A stretch of DNA of 64,000 nucleotides from Octopus bimaculoides (taxonomy: Eukaryota), in contig NC_068981.1 of assembly GCF_001194135.2 (NCBI RefSeq), forward strand, positions 193,195,339 through 193,259,338, given 5' to 3'. Each line of letters begins with the position of its first letter. Position 1 is the stretch's first letter. The notes under the pieces are model-generated. The model searched no databases. It was not told the origin of the DNA and was given only the letters and a program-made list of their open reading frames with translations. This document shows, piece by piece, positions 1 to 13,329 of this stretch. A program made the translations under genes and the position numbers.

Positions 1-150
1 GGGCTTCTTTCAGTTTCCGTTTACCAAATCCACTCACAAGGCTTTGGTTGGCCCGAGGCTATAGAAGAAGACACTTGACCAAGGTGCCACGCTGTGGGAA
101 TGAACCCAGAACCATGTGGTTGGTAAGCAAGCCACTTACCACACAGCCAC
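1..150 (-). mobile_element. tRNA-derived SINE, 5' head and body fragment (major family; further copies at about 2106-2260, 10865-11040, 14335-14480, 26565-26720, 31200-31340, 33950-34110, 48115-48260, 63930-64000)
   Basis: Minus strand reads GGAGTGGCTGTGTGGTAAGTGG (A-box-like) ... GGTTCATTCCC (B-box-like) ... GCCTTGTGAGTGGATTTGGTAAACGGAAACTGAAAGAAGCCC. The same sequence recurs many times in the window. Confidence 0.8.
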
Positions 151-689
151 TCCTGTTGTTTATAAAGATACATGGTCTAGTGGTTAGGGTGTTAGAATCA
201 TGATCATAAGGTTGTGATTTCAATCCCAGGACTACGTAATAAGTTTTGTATCTGAGCAAGGTACCTCATTTCCCCTCTGTTTAGTTGCAAACAAGTACTA
301 GCCTAATGCTAGTAGAGCCCTTACTTCCCCTGAAGTGTCACATCTTAAATCCTCCACTGGATCTAGGGTTGGGTTGGGTTGGGTTTGAAAGGGTGTCTAT
401 GTCTACTCATGATTACACTGGTATCAAAAAAAAAAAAAAAAAAGGCAGTCCTTGCCTGCAAGTGAAGCTATCTTATCTTTTACTTGTTTCAGTCATTAAA
501 CTGTGACCTTGCTGGGGCAGTGCCTTGAAGAATTTTAGTCAAATGAATTGACCCCATGACTTATTACTTTTGTAAGCCAGGTACTTATTGCATTTGTTTG
601 TCTTTTTTCAAAACTGCTATGCTATGTGAATGTAAACACACCAACACCAGTTGTCACTCAGTGGTTACCCTTGATTCAATAACACTGTG

Positions 690-1220
690 TATAAACTCTG
701 TATTTGGAATGACCAGTTTCAAAGACTGTTGGATTTTACTCATAGGGTATTGGAATCTTAATAGTGGATTTACAAAGGCAATGACCAATTTTAAAGACTA
801 TTGGATTTTACTCACAAGGTATTAGAATCTTATATGTATACTATTCTGCCTAAACAATGGATTTACAAATACAATATCCCTGCATATCTCACATCTATTT
901 TCGTTCCTTGAATTCACTCTCTATTTCTTATCTTATCTAAATTAACTATTGCTTAAGCATCCTCTCACACCGTCTCCGATGAAGGGATATAATAAATATC
1001 CTGGAAACAGCTGTAAGACCTTCTATTTATAAATGTTCTAAAATATACACAGCCTTGGTTTTTTTATCTCATTACGAAAAGTAAATCCTTATAGTCACAC
1101 GCTGATATATGACCTACGTTGGACCCCTTATTCGCATAATCACCAAACCTGGAGCCTAACTATGGTCTAGCCATAGCACTTATTCAGCATTACCTGAAAC
1201 TTCTGGGTCTAATTGACACC
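690..1220 (+). mobile_element. Penelope-like element 3' remnant: degraded end of the GIY-YIG ORF plus pseudo-LTR containing a hammerhead
   Basis: Degenerate translation NDQFQRLLDFTHRVLESY..TILPNNG resembles PLE endonuclease C-termini. A 53-bp internal duplication is present (708-760 / 780-832). Hammerhead motif at 972-1019. Positions 1016-1220 recur inverted at 21822-22023. Confidence 0.6.
972..1019 (+). ncRNA. Minimal type I hammerhead ribozyme (U4C core variant, palindromic stem III)
   Basis: Stem I GTCT(972-975)/AGAC(1016-1019). Core CCGATGA(976-982). Stem II GGATAT(985-990)/ATATCC(996-1001). GAAA(1004-1007). Palindromic stem III ACAGCTGT(1007-1014). Cleavage triplet GUA, cut after A1015. 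Confidence 0.7.
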
Positions 1221-1230
1221 NNNNNNNNNN

Positions 1231-2068
1231 CTGTGTGAAAAAGTGCCACAGCCTTGCAGTTGAGGGTACCCATGGAAGAGGTAAACCCAGAAAGACCTGG
1301 TATGAGGTGTTGAAGCACGACCTTTGAACATTAGGCCTCACTGAGGCAATGACTTGTGACCAAGACCTTTGGAAATATGCTGTGCGTGAGAAGACCCGGG
1401 CAAGACAAGTGAGACCATAACCCGTGGCCTTTACCAGGGGTGTAGCCAGCCCACTTATGTGTACCTTTCCTTCTTTGGACACAAAACCCTGCTTGCGAGG
1501 ACCTGTTGAAGCAAGTGAAATCGAAATCGAACCAAATTCGTTGACTGGCACCCATGCCAACCTTCCTTCATTGGACACTAAACTCAGCTTGCGAAGACCT
1601 GTTGGGGCAAGTGAGATTGAAACTGAACCAAATTCGATGACTGGCACCAGTGCCAGTGGAGTGCTAGCAGCACCATCCGAGCGGGATCACTGCCAGAGCA
1701 GTGGTTTTGCTTCTGTGCCGGTGGCACATAAAATGTACCATTTGAGCATGATCGTTTCCAGCTTCACCTTACTGGCACTCGTGCCGGTGGCATGTGAACA
1801 AAACATTGGACTGACTCCTGTGCAAGTGGCACATAAAAAACACCCTTTGAGCGTGGCCGTTGTCAGTACTGCTGGACTGGCCCTTGTGCTGGTGGCACAT
1901 AAAAAGCACCCACTACACTCTCAGAGTGGTTGGTGTTAGGAAGGGCATCCAGCTGTAGAAAATCTGCCAGATTAGATTGGAGTCTGGTGTAGCCATCTAG
2001 TTTGCCAGTCCCCAGCCAAATCATCCAACCCATGCTAGCATGGAAAACGGATGTTAAATGATGATGAT
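1231..2068 (+). mobile_element. RTE-clade LINE 3' end (ORF tail plus 3' UTR ending in (GAT)n)
   Basis: Translation CVKKCHSLAVEGTHGRGKPRKTWYEVLKHDL.TLGLTEAMTCDQDLW is an RTE C-terminus. The 3' UTR tail GGAAGGGCATCCAGCTGTAGAA...CATGCTAGCATGGAAAACGGATGTTAAATGATGATG is shared by many copies in the window. Confidence 0.8.
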
Positions 2069-2439
2069 GATATATATACACATACACATATATGTGTATA
2101 TACAACTGGCTTCTTTCAGTTTCTGTCAGCCAAATCTACTCACAAGTCTTTGATTGACCTGAGGCAATAGTAGAAGACACTCACCTAAGGTAACATGCAG
2201 CTGTACCTGGGCCTGGAGCCATGTTGTTGGGAAACAAACTTCTTACCACACAGCCATGCCTGCACCTATGAATGGTATTTTGTAAAAGTGTTTCTGTTGT
2301 TGATGTAAAATAAAAGAAAACCTACCTTCTGCTGGATATCTTTATCTGCGTCTATAAAGTTTGTTGCATCAATATCTCTTAGAAGAGAGCTGACACCTAC
2401 TATTTCTAGTAGTTGCTTTGATGTACAATCAGGTAAAGG

Positions 2440-2800
2440 TTGAAAGCTGGCAATGCTACTGTTTAGGCTTTGGAGTGGAGATGATTTCACATCAACAAGT
2501 GAAGAAATATTTTCCTGCAACAGACAAAAGCTATTATAAAAAATATAATAGAACTAGAATAAAGACCCGGTACTGTAATATCTTGGGTTTCAAGGGTCCA
2601 CAACTACTCAACATTCTGCCAAACAACCTCAGAGATTTGTGAGGTATAGATGTGGAAGTTTTCAAAGAGTGTCCAGACAAATTTTTATCTGAGATTCCAG
2701 ATGAAAACATATCACAACAGAGACACAAGGAAGAGCAACTCTGTGCAACTTGCTACTTCATTAGAAACAGTACAGAAAAGAAATCCAATCACACTGAAAG
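2440..2800 (+). mobile_element. CR1/Jockey-group non-LTR retrotransposon, 3' ORF fragment
   Basis: Translation ...LGFKGPQLLNILPNNLRDL.GIDVEVFKECPDKFLSEIPDE matches the typical 'GPRLFN.LP..LR......FK..LD.FL..IPD' RT C-terminal tail. Confidence 0.6.
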
Positions 2801-3390
2801 GTTGTGCACCAGCATGGCCTTAGCCTCTGGTTGAAAACCAGCAAATGATTAAAAAAAAATGATAAAAGAGAAAACTCTTAAATATGTAAAAATGCTAATT
2901 CTAAAATCTCTCTAAGAGTAAAATTTGTTTGAATGGACAGCCATGTTGAAGTGGCTACAAACATTAGTTGTTCTTAAAAATGTAGTTTACATCTGTTTCT
3001 TAAAATAGTAGGGCATGGCTTGAAAGAGGGTTACGACTACATAAGTACTTAAAACCAGTAGCAAAATCAAGGGACTTTCTACCAGGACATCATCACTTGT
3101 GGGAGATGCTATAGTCTTCATCATCATTGTTTTAATGTCCACATTTCCATGTTTACTTGAGTTGTACAGAATTAATTGAGGTAGGTTTTCTATAACTGGA
3201 TGCCCTTCCTGTCACCAACCCTCACCTTTTTTCCAAGCAAGATAATAATTCCCCCCACTGGCCAGACATGTTTTTCACAGAATATTGGAAATGAATGATA
3301 TTCCTGGTATGACAATGGTAATTATTTGCAAGCAGCCAAGACAAGGAGACAAATATGCACACACACACTCATGCATACATACATACATAT

Positions 3391-3423
<33 letters not shown>

Positions 3424-3989
3424 CATGCACGCATGCGTGCACACACACACACACACACACACATACGACATATTGCATATGACCTAGGCAAGTCTGCAAA
3501 AGTGAATGTTAAAATGATGAAGATGATTGCACTGATGATGATGATAATTATGATGATGATGATGATTGCAATGATGATGATGACAACAATGATGATGATG
3601 AAAATGATGATATTGATGATGAAAATAATTACAATGATGAAAAAACAAACTATTTGATTTTAACACAACCAGTCAATGAATCAATACAAAATGTGATAAT
3701 GTTTGTTGCTTGAAATCTCTCTAATACTGGCTACATACTTACTGATACCAACAGCAATATATAGACACCAGTCAAGTATACTGGGTACCAAACATGTTGA
3801 GACTAATTGTAAGACATTATCCAAATATAGGCACCAGTCAATTTTATTCTCAAATGGTTCTTGCTGAGGTTTAGTTTCAAAAATAATTGTTCATGCAGAT
3901 AAATCTTATGCAGATTTGCTCATGCAGATAAGTCTGATGTTTTTCTATGTACAGAGATCAATAAGTTTGTAAGTATTTTCCCACTCAGC

Positions 3990-6430
3990 TAAATATATTA
4001 TCTATAGAAGTCAAGTCTGGACACATCTTTAGAATGAAATTTTGATCTCAATATCATCAAAACGTCATCAATATGCATCTTTTAGAATTCTAATGCAATG
4101 TTCATTTCTACATCAAACAAAATAGCAAATAAATTCAAGTCAATTTCAAGAGAGTGTAAAATCAATAACAGCAAATGAAAAGTTCTTCCTTACTTCTTGG
4201 ACCATATTCATGAAAATGTCAGTTTCTTGTACATATTTCACAAATAGGAAAATATGTACAATTTCCACTTGGAAGCTGGCATTTCCATAGTTGTAGCTCT
4301 CTTTTCACAATATGCCTCAATACAACTTTGAAATAAAATCAAGGTATTTAAATATTTAAATGGTATTATATAATGTCCATAAGAAATATCAAGGCTGCAA
4401 ACCAAATAGATTCATGAAAATATGGAACTTTCATTCCTTTTGGGCTTTCATGGAATATTACCATCTCTTCATGGCATGCGAATACTCTGTTGTGGGTATG
4501 GTTGTCTTGGTGGTAGTCATGGTTGCTGTTGTTGTTGTTGGTGGTGAATGGAAATGTATTTCTGGTTCTGAATGAAGAAGTAACTAACAACACTTGTGAA
4601 CAATTAACAGAATATTTTATTACTGTACATAGTGTTTTATATGTTGCTCTTTTACAAATACTAACAGCAATAATTACATTGTGGGAGAGACATACTGCTT
4701 GGGATTTACGACAAGCTTACTGATATAGCAATCATTTTGGCTGGCCCCATCACAACTGGAAAATAATTTCACAGTAATAAATATTCCTGTTCTGCTATCT
4801 GCCATTCATCTTAACTGGCTAGATGTGGAGATGAAAATGGAGACACATGTGGCTGTCTCAGCATTCTGCGATTACCGCTAAAAAACATCTTTACATATAG
4901 GGGACAATGAGAAAGTTCTAGAAAACTGAATCACATGATGGCTTGATGCTGATTAGTTGCTTAATAGGCCAATCACATGAAACTGTGGTTTGATTGCGAT
5001 GTCTGCTCAGCTACCTAGCAATTCAGTTTTGAATCACCCCTACAATTCTTTCTAGCTTTGAACTTTGACCAATCCAGAGTAAACTGAAGAAATAAACCAG
5101 ATCTGCCTGTTTTTACCAAAATCTGATAAAGACGGTGATCCTTTAATCTATGAGACAAGAGTAATTTCACTATTTTCAAACAATATCAAAAATATTCTTT
5201 AATTTCAAAGATTGGTGCATAATAGCTCTTGATGGACAATGCAATGAAGTTTAGCCTGAAGCTTCCCATTTGTCCTTGCAGTAAATGCCATGAAACCATT
5301 TTCTTCTGTCCCATCATTATTATTGGCAGCGAGCTGGCAGAATTGTTTGCATGCTGGGCGAAATACTTAGCGGTATTTCGTCTGCCGCTCTGTTCTGAGT
5401 TCAAATTCTGCCGAGGTCGACTTTGCCTTTCATCCTTTCGGGGTTGATTAAATAAGTACCAGTTATGCACTGGGGTCGATGTCATCGACTTAATCCCTTG
5501 CTCTGTCCTTGTTTGTCCACTCTTGTTTGTCCACTCTTGTTTGTCCACTTTTTGTATAGCCCCTTGTGGGCAATAAATAAATACTATCATTATTATTAGT
5601 GCTCCATCAGTTTTGATGTCAATTAGCTTCAATAGATCAAGTTTTACCCCTGAAATCATTGTCAACAAAGCTTCCAAAGTGCTGTGTCCTTCATAGGAAT
5701 TAATTGAATAAACTCTTCAAAACTACAAATTTAAGGATACTCTCTGTACTAGTACCATAAGTTGGGCTGTGCTTCTCAAGTCTGTGCTTTTATTTAGTGC
5801 AGTTGGAGAAACTTTCAGTTTGTTGCATCAGCATATCTTCAACTCATCATGTGGTTGTTCTTCTTGCAGACAAGCTGATAGATAAAAATAAAGGTTTCTT
5901 GTCAGGACAAACAATATCTACTACTATCAGTAAACATTCTTTAACAAACATGTCATCTGTAAAAGGTTTCGCTTTTCCACATGAGACTTTGTAGCTGACA
6001 CAAATATATTCTTTTTTTTCCTACATTTTCTAGAAAAATATTAACATCAGTTTTCCAGAACTAACCTTCAGCTGCTCAATTTTCCTTACCTGCCCAATAA
6101 ACTTGTTAGAATTTCCTTTCTATGTCACCTGATATTTGTTGCCTTCTTCACAGTAATATTTTTCCTGGTTAGAGTACTTGTTATGTAAATGTTTGGTTCA
6201 TCTATCTTGTTTGTGCTAAAGATGTCAGAAAGTCATATGACATAGCTATCAGTGCATGAAATGTCTCCTTAGCATACCTTTTAATCATCCAATTCAAGTG
6301 ACAATCCCTAAACAGCAGATAAATATTTCAGGCATGAAACACATCTAATATTTTCAATAAACTTTTGGTTTATGGTCACTAAATGAAAGTAAATATATTG
6401 ACACTATTCAGGAATATCCACTTTTTGTTT
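3990..6430 (-). mobile_element. Fossil hAT transposon (GTF2IRD2/SPIN-type transposase), disrupted and interrupted by SINEs
   Basis: Minus-strand fragments KPFTDDMFVKECLLIVVDIVCPDKKPLFLSISLSARRTT (about 5990-5850), ALNKSTDLRSTAQLMVLV (about 5800-5750) and ELQLWKCQLPSGNCTYFPIC (about 4300-4240) parallel conserved blocks of this family. Many stops and frameshifts. Confidence 0.7.
5331..5578 (+). mobile_element. tRNA-derived SINE with Nin/Deu-type central domain (other copies 35880-36190 +, 39470-39855 -, 48322-48545 -)
   Basis: GAGCTGGCAGAA...TTCTGAGTTCAAATTC (B box) followed by GCCTTTCATCCTTTCGGGGTTGATTAAATAAGTACCAGT, which resembles the Nin/Deu domain consensus. Repeated in the window. Confidence 0.7.
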
Positions 6431-7061
6431 TATTTTTCAAGACATTTTCCAAATTCTTGTTTTCAACAACTGAGATAATGATTTTTGCCAAAAATAAATA
6501 AATAAACAAATAAATAAATAAATGAATAAAAAGAACTTTTCAAATTTTTTATTTCACCCCTACATTCACCCCAGCTTTCTTTTTGTTTTATTTTTTGAAA
6601 ATGATTTTCGAAATTCTTTAACAATATGGAGATTATGAATCTGAAAAATATTTTCTTTTTGAATTTCAGTATTGGACAGGTTTCCTCTTTCTAAGAAGAA
6701 CAGATGTATAAACATACTAAGACACTGTTTACATGTCTCTGATGGTACATCTAGTACAGTCATATGAAGCCTCTACTTGTAGCCTGACTTGCTAAAAATA
6801 GCAGCCAAGTCTTCCACAAATTACACAACCATAAAAAAAATTAGAAAGTTGAGACTGGATAATGTAGCCTTTGGCAAATTATATAACAAAAAATAGTAAA
6901 AGGGCATTAGGAAGAAAAATACGGGGATGGTTGTTGCTTCTGCCTTTCATCGTAAAAGTTGGTCTGTTCCCTGGGGTTAAACAACTTCTACTTATGACTA
7001 TCAGGGTGGAAGCTGTCAAAATCTCACAGGTGCATGCACACACGAACACACAGAGTGAGGG

Positions 7062-7103
<42 letters not shown>

Positions 7104-7220
7104 TGTTGGATCTTACGTTTCTACCTACCAAATTTGAAAGAGAAGCACACTTTAAGTTATAGAGCAGTAGAGTATATAGATAAAGATAGATATGGCCACA
7201 TAGATTAACCATATCTACCT

Positions 7221-7313
<93 letters not shown>

Positions 7314-7403
7314 CCTATCTACCTATCTATCTCTCTATCTATATGTAGATATGTATTTATATGTATAGAACATATATATAATGTATGTATACATATGTAT
7401 ATA

Positions 7404-7708
7404 TAGAGCTGGGCATAAGTCCATTAATCCGTTAATTGTTAATCAGTGGAGTTAACATTTTTGTTAACGATTTAACTTTTAAGTTAACTTTGAAAATCAT
7501 TATCGGACTGATTAACTTCCGTTACATTTAGCTTCTGTTAACTGAAGTCTGTCAATACAAAAATTTCATAAAAATCAGTAAACGTTTAAAAGTTTCTATT
7601 GTTTTCAGATTGTCTTAGCATATTTAATATTGTACGCATCATTCTTTCAGCCTTTTTTAGGCCCTTTAAAACTTAAAACTATATAATCAGCATTTTTTAA
7701 CTCTAAAA

Positions 7709-7743
<35 letters not shown>

Positions 7744-8360
7744 ATTTTCCAAACTTTTTTTTTCTTTTCGTGAAAAGATGCCTCCCATCATTGTGAAAAC
7801 TTTGGTGAAAAACATTGGAAAAAATCCCTGTCAAAATGGAGAAATTCCAACTTATGTGGGCCATTTGATCTGAAACTCTGTTTTCCAAAAACTCCTCCCC
7901 ACCACCCACTTCCAAAAATGTTGCCTACAAATTTCTTTGTAATCACAGTCTACACCATTTGAAAGGTATTTGAATAAAATTGCATTAAAAAATACCCATT
8001 TTCCAGATCGTTATGAGGGGGAAAATGTTCAGTCCTTTGAATTTTCCAAAACTCCTCTCCGCAACCCCTCGGAAAATTTTTTCCAACAAATCTTTACATA
8101 CATTCAATCTACAGGATATAAGTGATTATTTGGTGAAAGTTAAGTTAAAAAGTATCCATTATTCTGGATCTTCTGAGGCAACAAAGTCGGTGGGGTATTC
8201 AACTGTATTTATGCCTTGTTTCAATAAAAGTTAGCATTAACGGATTAATGTTAACTTCTGTTATATTTTCAAAGAATTAATGGATTAACGAAGTTAACAT
8301 TTTGGTTAACGGATTAACGATTAATGACGTTAACTTTTCAATTAATGGTGCCCACCTCTG
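7404..8360. mobile_element. Non-autonomous hAT-like MITE, about 957 bp
   Basis: Terminal inverted repeats TAGAGCTGGGCA (7404-7415) / TGCCCACCTCTG (8349-8360). Dense subterminal GTTAAC/TTAACG motifs at both ends. Sits in a (TA)n tract, so the TSD is ambiguous. Confidence 0.7.
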
Positions 8361-8492
8361 TATATGTATATATATATATATCTATATATATATATATATA
8401 TATATTATGTAGAATCTATCTATCTATATATATATATGTGTAATTTTTTCCCATCAAATGCAGTGTTGAGCATTCATTCTCACTGTTCAATA

Positions 8493-8577
<85 letters not shown>

Positions 8578-8676
8578 ATATGCATATATATTAAAATATA
8601 CTGAGGAGGCGAGCCAGGGGAGGAAGTGTTGGTGGTGGTAGAAAGCCTTGGAAAATAATGGTATGTCTACATATGT

Positions 8677-8719
<43 letters not shown>

Positions 8720-10538
8720 CACACACACACATAAATACATAGCACATACCTAGACATACTATTATTCCCACTTCTTTCTGTCACCACCACCACCACCACC
8801 ACCACTCCCCATCACCTCAACATGTCCTAATTTCCTGAATCACATGTTCCCATATTCTGTACCCTTAACACTTATATCCACCACCACGCCTCTCTCTCCC
8901 CCCCTCTCCACCTCCCCATCTCTCTATGACCTAATCTGACACTGACATATTGCAACCAAACTGAATACCACCTCCTGAAGGAAGAGGAGAAGGGGGAGGC
9001 AGGGAAGGAATGAAGCCAAAGAAGACAGTGAGGGGGACGAAGGGGAAGCAGTTCATTGCTGATGTAGTTATTCAGTGTTTAGTACCCTTCCCATTTCCCC
9101 TATATCAGTCATAGATGAATATACCTATGATCAAAGTGTGTTCCGGCTGTGACCACCATGTGTTACTTCCAGATGATATAGCTGAGACTGTTACCCAAAT
9201 TGCTGTAACCTTCCTTTTCCGAAGATGGTAGATGGTCATTTGAGGTAAATTTGGGTGTTGTTTCTAGCATACTGAACAAACCACAGGGAGGCACCATTAT
9301 TTACATGTAGTATGTTGTTGGTTAGTAACATTGGGTATTGACTATGATAGAAGCCAGCTGCTGATGTCAAGTATCATGGGTTAAATGAAGGAACCACTTC
9401 ATGGTTGCATCATCTGCTTCCAATAGTTGCCAAATATCCCTAATTCCACATCTTTGCAGCTTTAAAAATAGGCAGGATGTGTTGGACAAGGTGAGATGGC
9501 CATGGCTGCAGCATGTTTGTATAGTGACAATATTTATGATAGTATTGAGACCAGTGATGGAGGCAATGACAGTAGTCATGGTGATTATGATGACAACAAT
9601 GACGATGATGATGATGATGATGACGAATACCAGTCACACATACAGAAATAGTCCAAGAGAATTCTTCTTTGTTTTATAGTTTTACCAAATGAATTTTTTC
9701 TCTTTGTTGAAAAACAAAAAATTTCTGTCTGTCCTATATATATCATCAAATACAGCTGCTATGCCTAAAATAAGATGAAGAATACATTTGCAACTTACTT
9801 TTGAATCTGTGATGGCAGAAATTTGTTCAGCTTTTAAGTTTGGAGAAGGAAGTTCTGTACCAATGACAGCTAAATGGTTCAAAGAATTTTCTTGTTTTAT
9901 CTCAGTTGCTCTTGCAAGGTCCAAACTCTGGTAAAAACTTGTAGGGGAAGGCAGGCAATTAATAATATATCATTACAAAAGACATCTGAATTTATTCAAT
10001 TAGAAATGGTTCAGAAATAGTAAATTTGCTGGAAAGTAATTCCAAGATTCTCTTCCTTTTTTCATTTTTTGCTTAACCTGATCCTTATTACCATATTTCA
10101 GGGCATAAAAGACACATGGGCATAATAAACATGAGACATATTACACACATCTTAATTTCAGCCGTGTGTATTCATGAAAATAAGTTTTGGTGCATTAAAG
10201 TACATGAGAGGCCCAACCTCGCATACAGGACATGGGGTAGTTGTTTTGACATATTTCTTTTTTTTTTTTTGAAAAATAAATGCTTCTTATATGTAACCAA
10301 ATACGGAGTAAAGACAGTATCCTGAAGACTGGTCTTTCTCTTCTTGAGAGCTTGAAAATTCTTTATGCCTTAAAAACTCCTGGCCCTCTCTATATGCGCA
10401 TATACATCATCATCATGGAAGGCATATATATCATCATCATCATCATCATCATCATCATCGTTTAACGTCCGCTTTCCATGCTAGCATGGGTTGGACGATT
10501 TGACTGAGGACTGGTGAAACCGGATGGCAACACCAGGC

Positions 10539-10575
<37 letters not shown>

Positions 10576-11380
10576 AAGAATAGAAATTAATATTATCAAA
10601 TAGTATCAATTTCAACCAGTGGTCAGCATACATAAAAAACATCCGAGAACTGTGAATTATATATATATATATATATATATCATCATCATCATCGTCATCA
10701 TTTAACGTCCGCTTTCCATGTTAGCAAGGGTTGGACGATTTGACTGAGGACTGGTGGACCAGGAGGCGACACCAGGCTCCAATCTGATTTGGCAGAATTT
10801 CTACAGCTGGATCCCTTCCTAACGCCAACCACTCCGAGAGTGTAGTGGGTGCTTTTACAACAGGTTTCTTTCAGCTTCTGTCTATCATATCCATGCTTCT
10901 AACATTAAATGATGATGATAATGATGATGATTATATCCACTTACAAGGCTTTGGTCTGCCAAGGGTTGTAGCAGAAAACACTTGCCCAAGTTGCCATGCT
11001 GTGAAACCATGTGATTGGGAAGGAAATCTCTTAGCCACATAGCTGTGCCATGTGTGTATGTTTACGCATGGTGTATACATAAAGCCACTCTCTTGGTGGC
11101 TGTAGCATCACAAGCTGCACAGTGACCTCATTAGTTGAAAGACCTCATTAAAAGAAAGCACCCAGTACCTTTGGCAAATATCATCTACAATAACTCTGAC
11201 CTTGTGAGTGGATTTGATAGGTAGAAACTTAAAAAAGCCCATCATATATACACACACATACACTTGTGTGTGTGTGTGCGTGCATGTATGTGTATAATAT
11301 GTACAATGTATATATATAATATATATGTATCTATATAATATATATGATATATATATAATATATCTATGCAATATATATGG

Positions 11381-11427
<47 letters not shown>

Positions 11428-11699
11428 TATATTACACACACACACACATACATATTTGTATGTATGTATATTCTAGCATTCAATTATCTTACACTGTGGT
11501 TATTAATGTTAAAAAATTGAATGTTAGGTACCTCAGAATGAATGAACATACAGATCTGTATTCTTGACATATAAAACACTTTAGGTTCATCTTCAGTGAA
11601 ACACAGTTGCAAAGTATCTCAATCTCTTATGTAAGTAATAACATTAACACTAATACAATAAATAGGACTTCTTTAACATAGGGTTATGGAATGTGTAAC

Positions 11700-12070
11700 T
11701 GTAGGAACCATAACAAATGCCTCCTGGACAACTGTTGTCTAAGAAAGAATATATATGTCTGGTCAAAACACCTGAGAGAGTTTATTACTACATGGGTGCT
11801 TTTACTATAAAATTCAAGGCCAGATTACACAATCACATTCACTTTCTTAAATGCAAAAGAAAAGAGAACTATTCATTATTTGCTAAATTCCTTAAGGGCC
11901 TCAAAGAGAAAAATGTTGACTACTCTGTTTTGTGGTCAATCATAGGTAGTGCTTGTCCATATAGGAAAGGTGGTAGGAGGTACAATTTGAGCCTGGGGAG
12001 GTGTTTAAACTACTCAATTGTAATTCTAACATAATTAACAAGCATAACGAACTGTCTACATTTAGTTTGA
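11700..12070 (+). mobile_element. Penelope-like element GIY-YIG endonuclease fragment
   Basis: ORF 11717-12034: ...YYYMGAFTIKFKARLHNHIHFL...SLFAKFLKGLKEKNVDYSVLWSIIGSACPYRKGGRRYNLSL matches PLE GIY-YIG C-terminal blocks (YIG...FK.R..NH...LS.Y.W.LK......W.I.....Y......C.LC). Confidence 0.7.
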
Positions 12071-12871
12071 GGTTTTTAAATTTTCCACACAAAAATTCCA
12101 CTTGATTTACCTGAATATAAATATATAAATTCAATACCTAAGTTAACTTAGTCACTTCCTTCTTAATTTTGCTACTATGTAATATAATAAGTACTCTCTT
12201 CAAAACTAATTTTTAATTTTTAACCTTACTCCCTAATTATTGCACTCAACATATTCAGTTTAATCTTTTTTCAATTGAATTTATTTTTATTTTATAGAAT
12301 TCACTTTAATGGTTGTTAACCTGATTTTTCTAAAAAAGAAATAATAAAGTGAATTATTAGCTTATATCTTCTATATTATTTTGCACTTTTGAATTACAAG
12401 ATAATAAAAATAGATGAAAATATGTTTAATAATTCAAACATTATGCTAAAATCTATTCAGCAAAATGATAATATTTCAGTATTAGAATTACATGACATAT
12501 GTTAAAGAAATGAAAATATTATAAAAATGGTAAATAAACAAAGAAATGATATGAGAAAAAGGTGTCGAAAGAATTCTGCATCATTTTATTTCATTTAAAA
12601 GGAATCTTCATTGTTGTTTTAGAATTTAATTTTCCACATTTGTATGGCTCTGACGAAATATGTGGAAACAGATTTTCTATGGCTTGATGCCCATCCTGTC
12701 ACCAACCTTCACATGTTTTCAAGTGATGTAATATTTTTCCCATGAGCAGACATGTTTTTCATGAAGACTGGAGATGAACAAATTATTGGCAAAAGGGTAA
12801 TGCTCATTTACAATTATCACATGATGTCAAGACAAGGCGATACAAACACACACACACTCACAAACACACGT

Positions 12872-12875
12872 ATTA

Positions 12876-12928
<53 letters not shown>

Positions 12929-12998
12929 ATCATCATTATTATCATTATTATTATTATTATTATTATCATTATTATTATTATTATCATTATTATTATTC
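12872..12998. repeat. (ATT)n microsatellite, representative of dozens of (TA)n, (CA)n, (CT)n, (CAT)n, (GTT)n, (ATAC)n and (CTAT)n tracts
   Basis: Direct reading. Confidence 0.95.
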
Positions 12999-13329
12999 AT
13001 GGTATGTGTGAATGCTTTACATTAGGAACCAATGTCCTTGATACCAGGTCACAACCAGTTTCCTTAGATATTGGGAACTTTTCTTACGATCCTTGTTCCC
13101 AAAAAGAGCAGATTTCAGAATTAATGCAACTCTCATAGTTTCGCTAATCTCAATAAGGGAACTGTTATGTCTGAAAGTGACGGTACCCAGAGCACCTATA
13201 ACATCTGAGATTACTTTTGTAGAAACCCTCCACAGTCTTTGTTGTTGTTGTTATTATTGAGTGAGAGAGCAGTACAGGCCATCGAAGTGACACTGGGGTA
13301 CAAATATATGGAGCCCAATATACACATCA

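Noticed and set aside
10500-10530. CTGAGGA...GAAA in the RTE tail as a hammerhead
   Set aside because: Only 5 nt (CTGGT) separate the motifs, so stem II cannot form, and there is no stem I or III complementarity.
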